DNA of 64,000 bases from Octopus sinensis (lineage: Eukaryota). Where the stretch lies: assembly GCF_006345805.1 (NCBI RefSeq), contig NC_043009.1, forward strand, positions 51,708,001 through 51,772,000, read 5' to 3'. Positions within the stretch are counted from its first letter, which is position 1, and every line of letters starts with the position of its first letter. Of this stretch, positions 1 through 12,960 are shown in pieces. A model generated the notes under the pieces. That model had not been told where the DNA came from. It did not search any database and saw only the letters and a program-made list of their open reading frames with translations. The translations under genes were made by a program, and so were the position numbers.

Positions 1-199
1 AATGAAAATATTGTCTTCATTGGACATAGAAACAACTAATTATTTAACTGCAGGACTACACAATACTCTTTAGTAATTACATATAACTTTACGGGCAAAA
101 GGTAAACAATGCCTTCAATGTTTCAGTTTGCTCACCGTCACCATTTATACGTGCATATATATGTACGTATACAATACACACACACATTCATACACACAC

Positions 200-200
<1 letters not shown>

Positions 201-230
<30 letters not shown>

Positions 231-381
231 TGTATGTATGTATGTATATATGTATGCATGTGTGTATGTATGTATTTATGTATGTATGTATATGTATGTA
301 TGTATGTATGTATGTATGCATGTATTTACTTATGTATGTATGTATGTATGTATGTATGCATGTATGTATGTATGTATGCAT
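201..381. repeat. (TATG)n microsatellite
   Basis: Direct reading; accounts for the MYVC/HTYI ORFs at 109-446. Confidence 0.95.
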
Positions 382-981
382 GTGTAGTATTAAGAGTGTG
401 TTTATACAGCTATATCAATAGATTTTTTTTGGAAAATCGTGTGTAAACTTGCGTTTTCCGCATTCTGATTTTCTCGAAGTATTATAGTTCATTTAATCTA
501 GAATACAATAGTGATAATAAATAAATATTATACATTTCATAACAATACTACTCTTTGAATTTTCTTCGAGCGAGAGATAGTTTATATTTTATTGTTACTA
601 CATTTCTTCTGTCAATCAACTACAGTTTCGTTTTTGATTCTCCAAATATGACATAATAACGGTTTATATCAACTGACACTTGGTTGTTCGTTCTTTTTTT
701 TTGTATTTATCATTTTGTTATGCATTGCAAGTATGATCTGTTGACTTGCATTTTAGATTTATATACTTTGAAAAAAAAAATCGCAACATAAATTGTTCAA
801 ATAATCATAAGTTCCTTCACAAAAGAATTGTTGCTGGTCATTGAAAATTTTGTCGATTTGCAATATAAGTATCACCAACAATTGAACGTGTAATTTACAT
901 TTCAGATGTAATGGTTCTTCCACTCAAGATGTGGATATTTTTCTTGGTAGATCTTCATCATGGTTTATTTACGCCAGCATG

Positions 982-1013
<32 letters not shown>

Positions 1014-1767
1014 CATGTAGGATGTGTGTAAATGCGTATATATACACATAAATGCATACACACACGTGTATATAGATATAGTTAGTTAGATAGAGACATA
1101 GATAGATATACTCAGACCTAGACACATACATATATAGACACTGTTCACAGACATATGCACACACATATATCTATTCAAATAAATACGTTTGTTTTTGTGT
1201 GTTTGTTTATATTTGTGTGCTGTCTGCATCAGCTGCCGTTTACTAAAGATTCATTTCAATAATTTCGATCTCCAATATCTTCTCTCAGTATTTAAAATAA
1301 TCGAGTTGTTTCTTGTTGTAGCTATTGTAGCGTTCTCTCGAGTGAAATAACAGCTTTCATGGTTACATGCACTCACTTGAAAATAATGGGGTTTTTTTCG
1401 GGGATGGTGTGAATTTGTATTTTTGTCTTCTGCAAAGGTCCTATCTCCATACGTTAGTCAATGTAGATTCACAGTGGGATCGAACAGAAAGCCTCATGGT
1501 TTTGAAGCAAGGCTGCACATTGTCGTACAAATAAAATATACAGACATACAGAGTCATGCTCTCTCTCTCTCTCACACACACACACATACACATGCACACA
1601 CATAAATGCCAGGGAAGAGCAGAATAGCCCGCAATTGCACCAAAACCTTCTTTGCATTGGCTACACAACTTGCAGCGATTGCATGCTAATGATGGAACTA
1701 TTGCATTTGCGGAAGCGAGGTTTGACCTGCGTTGCTCCAGTTTTCTTTCTTGTGTTACTGAGAGAAC

Positions 1768-2315
1768 ATGGCCTCTCCGCTAGCAGTGAGTACCAAGGAA
1801 GAACAGATATTGTGATACGGTTTCTCCGGTCTGAATGTGTATCGAGGGCCGAAATTAATCGCGGGTTTTCAGCACAATACGAGGGCATCATTTTACTGCG
1901 TACTGCATGAGTGGATCGTAGAGTTTAAGAATAACCGGATAAACATGGAGCACGAAGAGAGAGCAGGACACCCATCAACCGCCTTTACTGACGTGAAGAA
2001 TTAAAAAGCTCGTGAGATGATCTTGGGAAACCGATGAGTGGCCATCGATGGCGTGTCATGTTTTCTGGAAATTAGTCATGGTTCTGCGTATGAAATCACG
2101 CACAACAAGTCCCGTTTTAAAAATGCCATTGCGGGATCGGTGCCTAAACATCTTACCGAAGAACATAAGCGCAATCGTGTGGTGATTTGACAACGCTTAC
2201 TTGGCTTCTACAACAACTGAGGCCTAAAAAGAAATGCTAACTGTTTTGGGGTGGGAGAGACAAAAGTGACTATACTGGAACATTGCCTGGAAGATGGGCT
2301 TACCATCACCTTGTA
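1768..2315 (+). mobile_element. Degenerate mariner transposase relic (N-terminal half plus part of the DDD domain, internally deleted)
   Basis: Manual translation across stops and frameshifts: MASPLAVSTKEEQ..VIRFLRSECVSRAEIN..EERAGHPST..LEISHGSAYEI..SVPKHLTEEHKRNR, then KEMLTV..TILEHCLEDGLTI. Matches mariner HTH, GRP, WVPxxL and KVMxTVFW motifs. Confidence 0.85.
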
Positions 2316-2440
2316 GTCCACAGTGAAAGGTTTGAAATATCTAAATAAACAAGCGATGCGCAACCGATGATCTTACAGCAAGCAGAGTAGCTAATTCTAA
2401 AAGCTCGATACGAGGTACAAGTAGAATCTCTACGGAAATA

Positions 2441-2745
2441 CAACGGTTGTTACCAACTGAACGTAGTTGTCCCATACGAAAACACTGTTACTACTCATTT
2501 TAACGCCAGGTCGAACCACGATGAACAACTGACATGTCTAGCAGACAAGTATAACCAATACGAAGAGTTATAACAGGTTTATTGATTCCTGTCAGCGCTA
2601 GATGGGAGTTACTCGTTCTCTCGTTTGCAATATAATGTCCGATAGTGTGTCGATAACCAGTTGGAGGAGATGTCCTTCTGCTGTTAAAAAGAGTAGCAAC
2701 GGTGTTTCGTATGGAACAACCACGTGGAGATTATAACAACCATTG
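2441..2745. mobile_element. MITE-like element with ~55-65 bp imperfect terminal inverted repeats
   Basis: 2441-2505 (caacggttgttaccaactgaacgtagttgtcccatacgaaaacactgttactactc) is the reverse complement, with mismatches, of 2682-2745 (gagtagcaacggtgtttcgtatggaacaaccacgtggagattataacaaccattg). No clear TSD. Confidence 0.55.
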
Positions 2746-3139
2746 CTTACATTTTAGAACTAGCTACTTTAGTACACACACAAACATACACACACACACG
2801 CATGCACGCACATATTTGTATATATATATATAAATATATATATATGCATATGCCTGTGTTTGTGTATATATTTATCAATCTATCTGTCTGTAAATACATA
2901 GTGTGTGTGTGCATACACACACACAAATATTATGTGCTTATATATATATATTTATGAGTATATATATATATACGTATATATATATATACATATACATGTA
3001 CATGCATACATATATATATATACACACACATATATATATATATGTATATATATATACATACATACATATATACCTATATATACGTATGTATAAATAATTA
3101 CGTGTGTAAATGTGTTGTGTGATGGTGTGATATATACAT

Positions 3140-3218
<79 letters not shown>

Positions 3219-4075
3219 TACATACACATACACGTAGATTAATGTGAAGATGTGTAGAAATATAGGGAAACAAGCTAGACAGAAATATGTGTTGCTTAAT
3301 TTTATAAGAAAAGATGAAAAATTAAGAACTAGAAATCTAATATATTAAAATATCAGAATAATCAGAAGAATACAAAAAAACGTTATCTATATTTCTTCTG
3401 CTGTGATGCAAAAGGAAATAGAAATAAAAGACCATGAGGTTACAAGGTCGAATTCGATTTATTTACAGATCGATCTGTTTGTAATACACTCGGCGAGCTG
3501 GAAAGTTTAGCAAACAAAATGAACGCTATATTAGTGATGTGTCACCTGATTCACCCCGAAATCAATTCAATCTCGCACCGTGTATAAATGAACGCACAAA
3601 CACACAAACATGCCGCGCTCAACACAGCCGCGCACATATAAGTACAAATACAGCCACATACATGACATGCATAAAATCCACATGCAGATGCATGTGCAGA
3701 AGCATGCGGAACACACATTCATACGCAGATATACGCATATTCACATGTACTGTATAGGCATTTCATATCCCCTAAGGGGATTCTGGGAACCTAAGAGCAT
3801 CCTTAAACATCGGACGAGTCGCGGCAGTAATTCTATGTATGAGTGTTTACATACACCATCACACAGTCAGACAGACACACACACAGACATACATCAATGT
3901 ATGCATGTGTATGTGAGTGTATGGGTCTATGTAAGAATACATGTAAGATTGTATGGGAAAGGGCTGTAGCAAAATTTCAAGTGCCAGTATTGAAAAACAA
4001 GTGGAAGAAATTTCCAATAACCACTTGTTTTCTTCTCAAAAAGAGTCCTGCCACTGCATAGGGAGTGTTTTCAGC

Positions 4076-4165
<90 letters not shown>

Positions 4166-5630
4166 ACATATATATACATATATATATACGTATATATATG
4201 TATATATATGTATATATATATATAAATACATATATATGTGTATATGCGTGTGTAAATATATATATATATATATATATATAAATATATATACACACACACA
4301 TAAACACAAGTATATATATAAATATACACACATACACACACACACACACATATATATATGTATATATTGTTGTATGTACGTTTACATCTGTGTGCCTGTA
4401 CTTGGCATCTGAACGACGATGTAGAGCGAAGTGTAAACACGTTAACATGAATTTATTGCCGTCCAGGTAAACATGGTTATTGGGTATTTTCAGATTTGAT
4501 GTGTAACTGACGATTTAGGGTGTTAATGAATCATGCGAGACAAAGAGGGTGTAACTAATTGAGATGTTCATACATATATAGGTGTGTGAATGTGTTTGCC
4601 TTGTATGTTAATTATATATGTACATGTGTATGTGTTCAGTCATGTATACACACACATACATGAGCGCATAGTTCCAACCCCACCACACACACACATACAC
4701 ACACAGACACACATACACACACACACACACACATGCACACATACACACACACACATATATATATATATATGGTCATACACATATTCACATGTAGTACCAA
4801 AGAATACCCTAGTACACATCTAACTATACCAAAATGCACAATTGCATCCACGAAGGTTACCCGCACACATACAGAATTTCTGTCTCCCTCACACACACAC
4901 ACACTCTCTCTCTCTCTCTCTTTCACATGCAGGCACACACACAATCACTCTCTCTCCCTCTCATACATTCTCACACAAACTCACACGCATACATATACAT
5001 TCATACGCCTATTAACAGAGCATCATACATATCTGTTGCTCAGTCAACTGACATCTCATTAATTTACGCTCATTCTACTTCCCTGACTCTCTGGCCGATT
5101 CTATCGAGGATTTAGGTAAGAAATACAAAGTAAAATTTAGTGAGTATATATAACTTAACAAGCAAAATGTAGAGAATGATTTCGTTTCTTCTTGCTCGTT
5201 GTCACCATTTATACATGTATACATATCCATATACAATGCACGCACACACACATATATAAACACTATATTTTTATGTTATCGACGAGTTGAATCCTAAAAC
5301 ATCAAGCCCGTAAGTATTTCTTTAGAAAGAGAAACCAACACTGTAAAAGACCATCAATTGCGCCACTGTTACGAATTACCAACAAGTGAATGAATTTATT
5401 GGTGCACACAGGTAATTTGTAATCCATGAAGTTACTACACACCTCCATAGGAGACTTCTCCGATCCACAGGAAACGTTTGAGGATAATGATCTAAAGTTT
5501 TCTCGATCAAGTGAAAAGTGATCAAACCTGCCTGTATCTACGTTGCCTGGAAATGAAGGATCAGTGCATGAAAATGCGTCAGACCTCTTCCCCCATGGAT
5601 GAGAATTTCAAGAATTAGTGATCGGCAGAG

Positions 5631-6029
5631 AAAGAAATGCCGACTGTTTTTGCGGATTAATTGGAGCCCTATTGTTTTTTGGTTTCCTGAAATGTGCCCA
5701 TCCTATGAATGGCAATAAATACTTTGAGACACTAAAAGCAAAAATGAAAAAAAGAAAAACAGAACAAACAATAAAGTGAAAATGATCCGCATTCACCATG
5801 ACAATTGCGACAATATCAATCTTCGACAGAACATCAGGTAATCGGTAAATTAGGCTGGAGAGTTGTCCCTCAACATCCGTACTCTCGAGGTCTGACCCCC
5901 TTCTACTTCTGTCAGTTAGGAACAATAAAGAACATTCTTCAAACGAAACAAAGGTGACTTTGTAAGCACAGGAGCGAATTTTTCAAAGACAATTTAAGTT
6001 TTGTGGAATAGCATTTTGTTATAGATGTA
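5631..6029 (+). mobile_element. Old mariner transposase relic (catalytic domain), ending at the insertion of a younger mariner
   Basis: Translates to KEMPTVF..GALLFFGFLKCAHPMNGNKYFETLK..IHHDN..LGWRVVPQHPYSRGLTPFYF, matching KVMxTVFW, HDNA and LGWExLPHPPYSPDL motifs. Confidence 0.75.
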
Positions 6030-7301
6030 TTAGGTTGTCAAGAAAGTTCTTGCGGAATTTTTAATTTTGGTTTTAAATCATGTATTTTCAAATTAATTTT
6101 CGTTAATTTTCTTCAACTTTATATATCATTTTAAAGTTTGTCTTTCGCTCTATCTTACTGTATGACTCCTGTTCTTTTTAAATAATTAGGCCACTTTTTC
6201 CGGAACGTTGAATATAACATGGACAAAAAGCAAATTCGCACAATTTTCTTATTCCAGTTCAGGCTAGGCCGAAAAGCTACTGAAACAGCTCGCGATATCA
6301 ACGATGCTTTTGGCCCAGAAACCACTAGTACAGCACAATGGTGGTTGAAGAAATTTCGTAGTGGTGACGAGAGTCTTGAATATGATAAGAGTAGTGGTCG
6401 GTCAGCGGATGTTGACAACTATCAACAAAGAGCCTTAGTGGAAGCCAATCCACTATTCGAGAGCTTGCTTCTGAATTAGATGTAACGTAAATGACAATTT
6501 CCCACCACTTGAAAGAGATTAGGAAAACAAAATTACTTGAGATTTGGGTGCCGCACGAATTGAACGACAACCAAAAAATAATAAAAACGCCGTTTTGAAG
6601 TGTCGTCTTCCCTTCTATTACGTAACAAAAACGACCCGTTTCTCGACCGGATTTTGATTTGCGATGTAACGTGGATTATTTACGACAACAGGTGACACTC
6701 AGCTCAGTGGTTAGACGACAACGAAACTCACGGCACTTGCCGAAGCGAAAGCTGTACCAAAAGATTGTCATGGTGACTGGTGGTCTGCAGCCGGTCTCAT
6801 CCATCACAGCTTTTTGGATCCAGGTGAAACCATTACGGCGGGGAAGTACTCTCAGCAAATGGATGAAATGCGTAAGTAACTCCGACAACAGGCAGAATTG
6901 GTCAATAGAAAAGGACTAATGCTTCTCCACTACAACGCTCGATCGCACGTCGCACAACTGAACCTGCAGAAGTTGAACGAATTGGGCTACGAAACTCTGC
7001 CTCATCCTCCATACTCACCTGATCTCTCGCCTACAGAATACCACCTTTTCAAGCATCACGACAACTTCCTGCGTGAGAAATACTTCAAAAACCAAGACGA
7101 TGCCAAACACGCCTTCAACGACTTCATCGCCACCAGAACCCAGGATTTTTACGCTACTGGCATAAATAAACTTGTTTCGCGTTGGCAAAAGTATGTTGAT
7201 TCTGAGGGTGTTTATTTCGATTAATAAAGTTTTGTTTGAGCCGAGAGGTGTGCATCTGAATTTAAAGGTTAAAAACCGCAAGAACTTTCTTGACAACGTA
7301 A
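6030..7301 (+). mobile_element. Full-length (1272 bp) mariner transposon, cecropia subfamily (Hsmar1-like), inactive
   Basis: Left TIR TTAGGTTGTCAAGAAAGTTCTTGCGG from 6030; right TIR CCGCAAGAACTTTCTTGACAACGTAA ending at 7301 (1 mismatch); TA at 6028-6029 and 7302-7303; internal transposase homology. Confidence 0.97.
6219..7224 (+). pseudogene. Mariner transposase pseudogene (frameshifts, stops, two catalytic Asp lost)
   Basis: MDKKQIRTIFLFQFRLGRKATETARDINDAFGP..WVPHEL..LGYETLPHPPYSPDLSPTEYHLF..FYATGINKLVSRWQKYVDSEGVYFD parallels Hsmar1 transposase. HDN changed to HYN and TDY to TEY. Confidence 0.95.
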
Positions 7302-7413
7302 TAGAATTCCAATAACAACACATTCAATTGAAAATATCAAATTCAGTTAATAAAAACAGAATTATGTCTCTTTTTGTATTACATTCTTGGAAACACTTGT
7401 ATTTAAATACATA

Positions 7414-7473
<60 letters not shown>

Positions 7474-8217
7474 CATATATATATAAATATATACACACAT
7501 ACACAAACACACACACATATATATATGAGTAGAGATTAATGTAAAAACATTACGAAGGATATGTTATAAATAATCAAGATTATTTATGAATATATCAATG
7601 GCCAAACGTTATAATAAAATATAGAGATCAGAAAACGTTTAAAATTTCGATGAAGTCACTATTATAGCTAAGAGGGTTAAAAAATCCTTACATGTAAAAC
7701 ATAGCAGCCAAAACCGCTAGAAAGCCATTATATCACTCATATTTCTCGGTAAAAGCTGTCTTGGGGGCGTTATGGCAAATAGTATCCACAACTTGAAATA
7801 ATTGGCTAATTCCCTATAGCAATTTCGGCATTAGGGACCACTTAAGGGACCTTTTCTCCTCGTCATAGGAAATATTCCTATAGATAGAAATCAAAAATAT
7901 AAAAATAACCTTGGGGCTAGTATGAATACCGACGGGCAATAGAAATGTTTTCATCTCTATCTACACACTTAATACGTGCTCGAGACATGGCCAACCCTCA
8001 TTCACTTCTCATGAGGAATTCCGGAAGGAGCTTCTTGAGACCACTGCAGTAACCGGTGGGAAACCGAATTTTTGTATTCCGAAATATTACAATTATATCA
8101 CACTATGGGTAATCAAATTATAACGGTTAGTATAGTCCACTCTGCACTGTGGTGCCATTCAAAACATGTTATATTTTACAAACAATACACAATGCTTCAA
8201 GCGAACTACAATACTCT

Positions 8218-8219
8218 CA

Positions 8220-8284
<65 letters not shown>

Positions 8285-8315
8285 CTATCTATCTATCTAT
8301 TTATCTATCTATCTA
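8218..8315. repeat. (TATC)n microsatellite
   Basis: Direct reading. Confidence 0.95.
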
Positions 8316-9029
8316 TATATATATAACCACATGTATGTATATAAGTTTGAACGTGCATGTGTGTGTATGAGTCCGTTTCTATCCATAACATATTTAATCT
8401 AACTGCAAATCGATTCACATCATGTAACATTTATTTGTTAAAAAGCACTTATGCGGAAGCCTGCCTTACAGAAGCTACCTAAAACTACAACAACCACCAT
8501 AGCATAGCCCTGTGCAATGACAATTCTGACAATAGATTGCTTTAGGTACACACGTATCTTAGTCATACAGCACATCCTACTTTCTATTTCAGGTTATGGA
8601 ATACCTGAATTTAATCACCATGGAAACTGAGACAGTTCCTTTAACTAATCATTATATTTACGCTCAACTACATTATTGCTTTTTTTTCTTTTAAATGCAT
8701 ATCTCCTCACCCACTTGGTGTAATCATTAAATAGAGTCGGTCGATAAAAGGCACGAGGTTAGATTGACAATTAGAATGAAAAATAAAGATCGAAATATTT
8801 ATAAAAACTGATTAGAGATATGTTCAACGTCATCAATTCATTGCATGAGATATGATAGTCATCAATTCATTGTGAAGAAAGTTCACCGTGTGGAAAGTTT
8901 ACCGAGAATATATATTCATGGTATCTTGCCATTAATAGTTATTTAGAGTTTTTCGTTTTCTCTATTTTTTAAAACTAACCTATTAAGTCCTGAGTGTCTC
9001 ATCATAAGGAAAGTCCAATCTTGATTTTG

Positions 9030-9600
9030 AGTTGCGGCATTATTATATCGATGATGATACGTCCTGTGTCAGATTTCAACGGATATATTAGTCTGACTTA
9101 TATATTAGTCAAAGTTATTTTTATGTTCTCTAAGGTTTATCCTAGGTTTCCTTGGGACATATGATTCCATCCTATCTTCTCCCTCTAGTTTTTTTAGTGT
9201 TTGAAATCCTTTGTTGTTTACATTAGTTAAGGTGTTGTTGGGTGTCTGTTTGCATTTGCTAAGTATGTCTTTTCTAATCAAATTATTATATTGTGTGGTG
9301 TTTACAATATAAATGTTACAGGTTTTGTTCGCAGGCAATAGTTTCCGCTTGCATTTTTAAAAGCCTCGAGTACTTTTCAATATCTGTTGGTGTTCGTTGT
9401 TCTTTCCTGATTATTTATAAAGTTTCATGTTCTTTATTGCTTTGTGTAGTTCTTCTTCAAATTGCGTCAGGTATTGAGTTGTTAGTGGGTTTCTCAGGGA
9501 TTTCAATTCTTTCTTGAGTGAGTTTTCTTCCTGATATTCCTGTGTGCTGTTATTGTTGTCGTAGAAGAATGCTTTTTATCTTGTTCTTCTTATGAAGAAC
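9030..9600 (-). mobile_element. Penelope-like element ORF relic, region N-terminal to the RT core (Naiad-like)
   Basis: Minus-strand translation KAFFY..QFEEELHKAIKN..LLPANKTCNIY..YNNLI..PRINLREHKNNF..VRLIYPLKSDTGRI matches the PLE motifs KAxFF, ADKTxNxY, LKDHKxNF and RLINPxKSxxGxI as recalled. Confidence 0.75.
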
Positions 9601-9760
9601 TACACCTGGAGAACTGCGTTGAGTAGAAACAATTGTAGCAATTGAAAATAAATGTCCACCAGTATTCCTTCTTCTTGGCTCCAACTGTTTTCGATTATAT
9701 ATATACATATATATGTGTGTGTGTGAGTGGGTGTGTATATATATATGTATATATATATAT

Positions 9761-9797
<37 letters not shown>

Positions 9798-10249
9798 AGT
9801 GTGTATGTGTGTGTATGTATATATGGATGAATTCATATACTGACACGCGCAAATCATGCACCAATGTGAATGTATATAAGCATACATACATACTCAGGTG
9901 AAGAAAGCTGATTCGACGATTAGAGATCCAAGCTAGCACTGGAAATGTGAAAATGTGTAAATCTTGCCAGAAGTTTATCATTTAAGTATATTTGCAGATG
10001 TTTAGACATGTAACTATATGCATGAGAATACATATATAAAACAATACATATAAATCTGCACATGTACTGACCCCGAATAGCGCTCATACCATACACACTC
10101 ATACATACAATAACACCCTGTTGATGGTTTTTGAAATTCCAATGAAAGTGCCTTAGATTTAGGTTAAAAAGCGGCTATTTCACTGTTCGCAAGAATTCTT
10201 TAAATTAAACTGGATAATGAGATTCATAGATACATGGATACATACATAT

Positions 10250-10272
10250 ATACAAACATACATACATACGTA

Positions 10273-10360
<88 letters not shown>

Positions 10361-10400
10361 TATATACACATTTATTTATATATATATGTATATATATACA

Positions 10401-10466
<66 letters not shown>

Positions 10467-10467
10467 C

Positions 10468-10500
<33 letters not shown>

Positions 10501-10513
10501 TATACAAATATAA

Positions 10514-10608
<95 letters not shown>
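10250..10608. repeat. Long interrupted (TA)n tract
   Basis: Direct reading; source of the YIYI ORFs. Similar tracts occur at about 2940-3215, 4078-4350, 18320-18460, 25350-25430, 32440-32570 and 60780-60950. Confidence 0.95.
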
Positions 10609-10612
<4 letters not shown>

Positions 10613-10791
10613 CGTCAGGAAGAAATTAATTTCGCTTTTCATAAATGGATGGAGTAACGATATTTTTTTTACTCACTTTTATCAATGTCATGATTTTTTA
10701 CTTTTGACATTTGATAGCCGTTACTTTTGGCAAATTGTGTGTAATTCTGTTTCCATTGTGTTAGTTCAGCGGCATTTTTAACTTGGGGTGC

Positions 10792-11140
10792 GAAAACGAA
10801 CATTTTCGCCATATTTTTTTTTATTTCCATAAACACAAGAATGTTCATGAGGCTCACAAAGAAACATTTGAAGTTTATGATGTTCATTGCATAACAGAAC
10901 GTACAGCTCAGAAATAGTTTTAAAATTCCATTCGGGAGATATTTTTATTCAAAGATGACCAACGCTCTGGTCGACCTAATGAAGCTGGTGATGACCGAAT
11001 CAAAACCATAATTGAATCTCATTGTCATATAACTGCAAGAGATTACAGAGAGGCTAAATGTATCACACACGACAATTGAAAATACACTTAAAATGTCTTG
11101 GACTTGTGAAGAAGCTCTATATTTGGGTGCCACATAAATT
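10792..11140 (+). mobile_element. Mariner transposase N-terminal relic (mellifera-like)
   Basis: ENEHFRHI..KDDQRSGRPNEAGDDRIKTIIES..RLNVSHTTIEN..LGLVKKLYIWVPHKL. Confidence 0.85.
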
Positions 11141-11604
11141 GAAAATTTTTCCAAATTTTACACAATTACATTGAAACGACTGTTTTTGCATTTTGTTTCT
11201 TTTTATTTCCTTTCAATTTATATTCTCTTCTTTAATAAGTAAGTATATACAGGGTTGGATGCAAAAGTAGGTATTTCTATTTTTTTTTTTTTTTTTTTTT
11301 TTTACTTGTTTCAGTCATTAGACTGTGGTCATGCTGGGGCACCAGGTATACAGTAAATATCACATCAATGTTATGTTATTTAATTCATAAAAATTATTAG
11401 CACATTAAATTAGTTTGCCGCAGCTCTGATCATTTCCAGTGTAATTAATCATAATAATACATTTATGATAACTATAATAATACTTTTATCGAAACTTCTA
11501 ATTTTATGATAAAATAGTAAACATGTATTGGTTGTGCATTCTTCATTAATAACTCTACATCTACTTTTCCACGACCCTGTATAACTATGATTAAATATAC
11601 ACAC

Positions 11605-11654
<50 letters not shown>

Positions 11655-11732
11655 ATATATATATATATATATATACATATATACACACATACACATACTT
11701 ACACACACGCGCACACATACACTTACATACAC

Positions 11733-11773
<41 letters not shown>

Positions 11774-11862
11774 GATATTGAAAGAAACAGGGAGTAATGC
11801 TGATGCATATTTATCTGAATATCCATATCTATCTATTTATCTCTCTCTCTCTCTCTCTCTCT

Positions 11863-11905
<43 letters not shown>

Positions 11906-12556
11906 GTGTGTGTAAGTGTATGTGTGTGCGCGTGTGTGTAAGTATGTGTATGTGTGTATGTGTGTGTGTGCATATTTTTAATTCGCTCCGTTATAAAAGA
12001 AGAACAGGAAAAGAAAGGGGAATAACGTAGATTTTTTTTCTTATTCGCTAATTAATACCCCAAAGAAAAACGTATGACAAAAATTGAACAGAAAAAATAT
12101 AATATAATGTTTGAATGATATCTATTTCCTGCTGAAAATAAATGAAATATAATAATTAGCGTAGTAGAATAGAAATGTATGAATACAGTGAAGAAATGAT
12201 ATTCTATATTATGTATTGACTCTAAATAAATCGTTGTTTTGAAACACATTTTGTGTGGTTCACTGGGTGTTGCTAAAGGTTTTACCGCAATTGCTACACA
12301 CCCAAAACATTAACTATTAATGCTATTAGGGATACTTTCACACCAATGAATAAACTAATACAAGAGCAACTTATACTACGACGGCGACGATTATGATGAC
12401 GATGACGGTGATGAAATTATGAAGATGATGTGAATTGATAATAATATTAGTAATATTAATAATAATAATAATAATAATAATAATGATGACGACCACGATG
12501 ACGATGACGATGACTTTGATGATGATGATGATGATGATGAACAAAATTTCATGGCT

Positions 12557-12960
12557 ATTAACAGGAAGTATGATATTGAAAGAAAGGGGCTAAAAGTGGT
12601 AATTGAGGAAGTGAAACAGTACCTCGTTGCAAAGAATGCAAAGATGGTATGATACGACCAAAGAATGAAGGGATACCAGCAGAATAGGTTATTCAGAGTA
12701 GATCAGAAGAGATTCTATAAAGAAATAAATGGAGAGTATACAGATGAAAATACCAGATACCAGATAACATTGAAAGTCAAAGGTTTTGGAGTGAAATCTG
12801 GAGCAAAGAGAAGGAGCACAAGAAGGATGCTGAATGGTTGCAAGAACTGGTACAAACAGTAGCCTTACCAAAACAGGCAGAACTAGTCATATCAGTTGGG
12901 GAAGTGAAGGAAATCAGCAGAGAAAATGGGCAACTGGAAGGCCCTGGGAAAGAAAAAAAT
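12557..12960 (+). mobile_element. R4/Dong-clade non-LTR retrotransposon fragment (pre-RT region)
   Basis: INRKYDIERKGLKVVIEEVKQ..YQQNRLFRVDQKRFYKEING..PDNIESQRFWSEIWS..DAEWL..MGNWKALG matches the R4/Dong region before NWKAPG. Lies next to (AAT)n/(GAT)n. Confidence 0.75.

Noticed and set aside
7530-8060. Repeat-like block after a TA tract with small palindromes
   Set aside because: No assignable terminus, ORF or ribozyme core.
8593-8640. Possible terminal exon after tttctatttcag (GYGIPEFNHHGN*)
   Set aside because: Single acceptor, no linked upstream exon and no recognisable homology.
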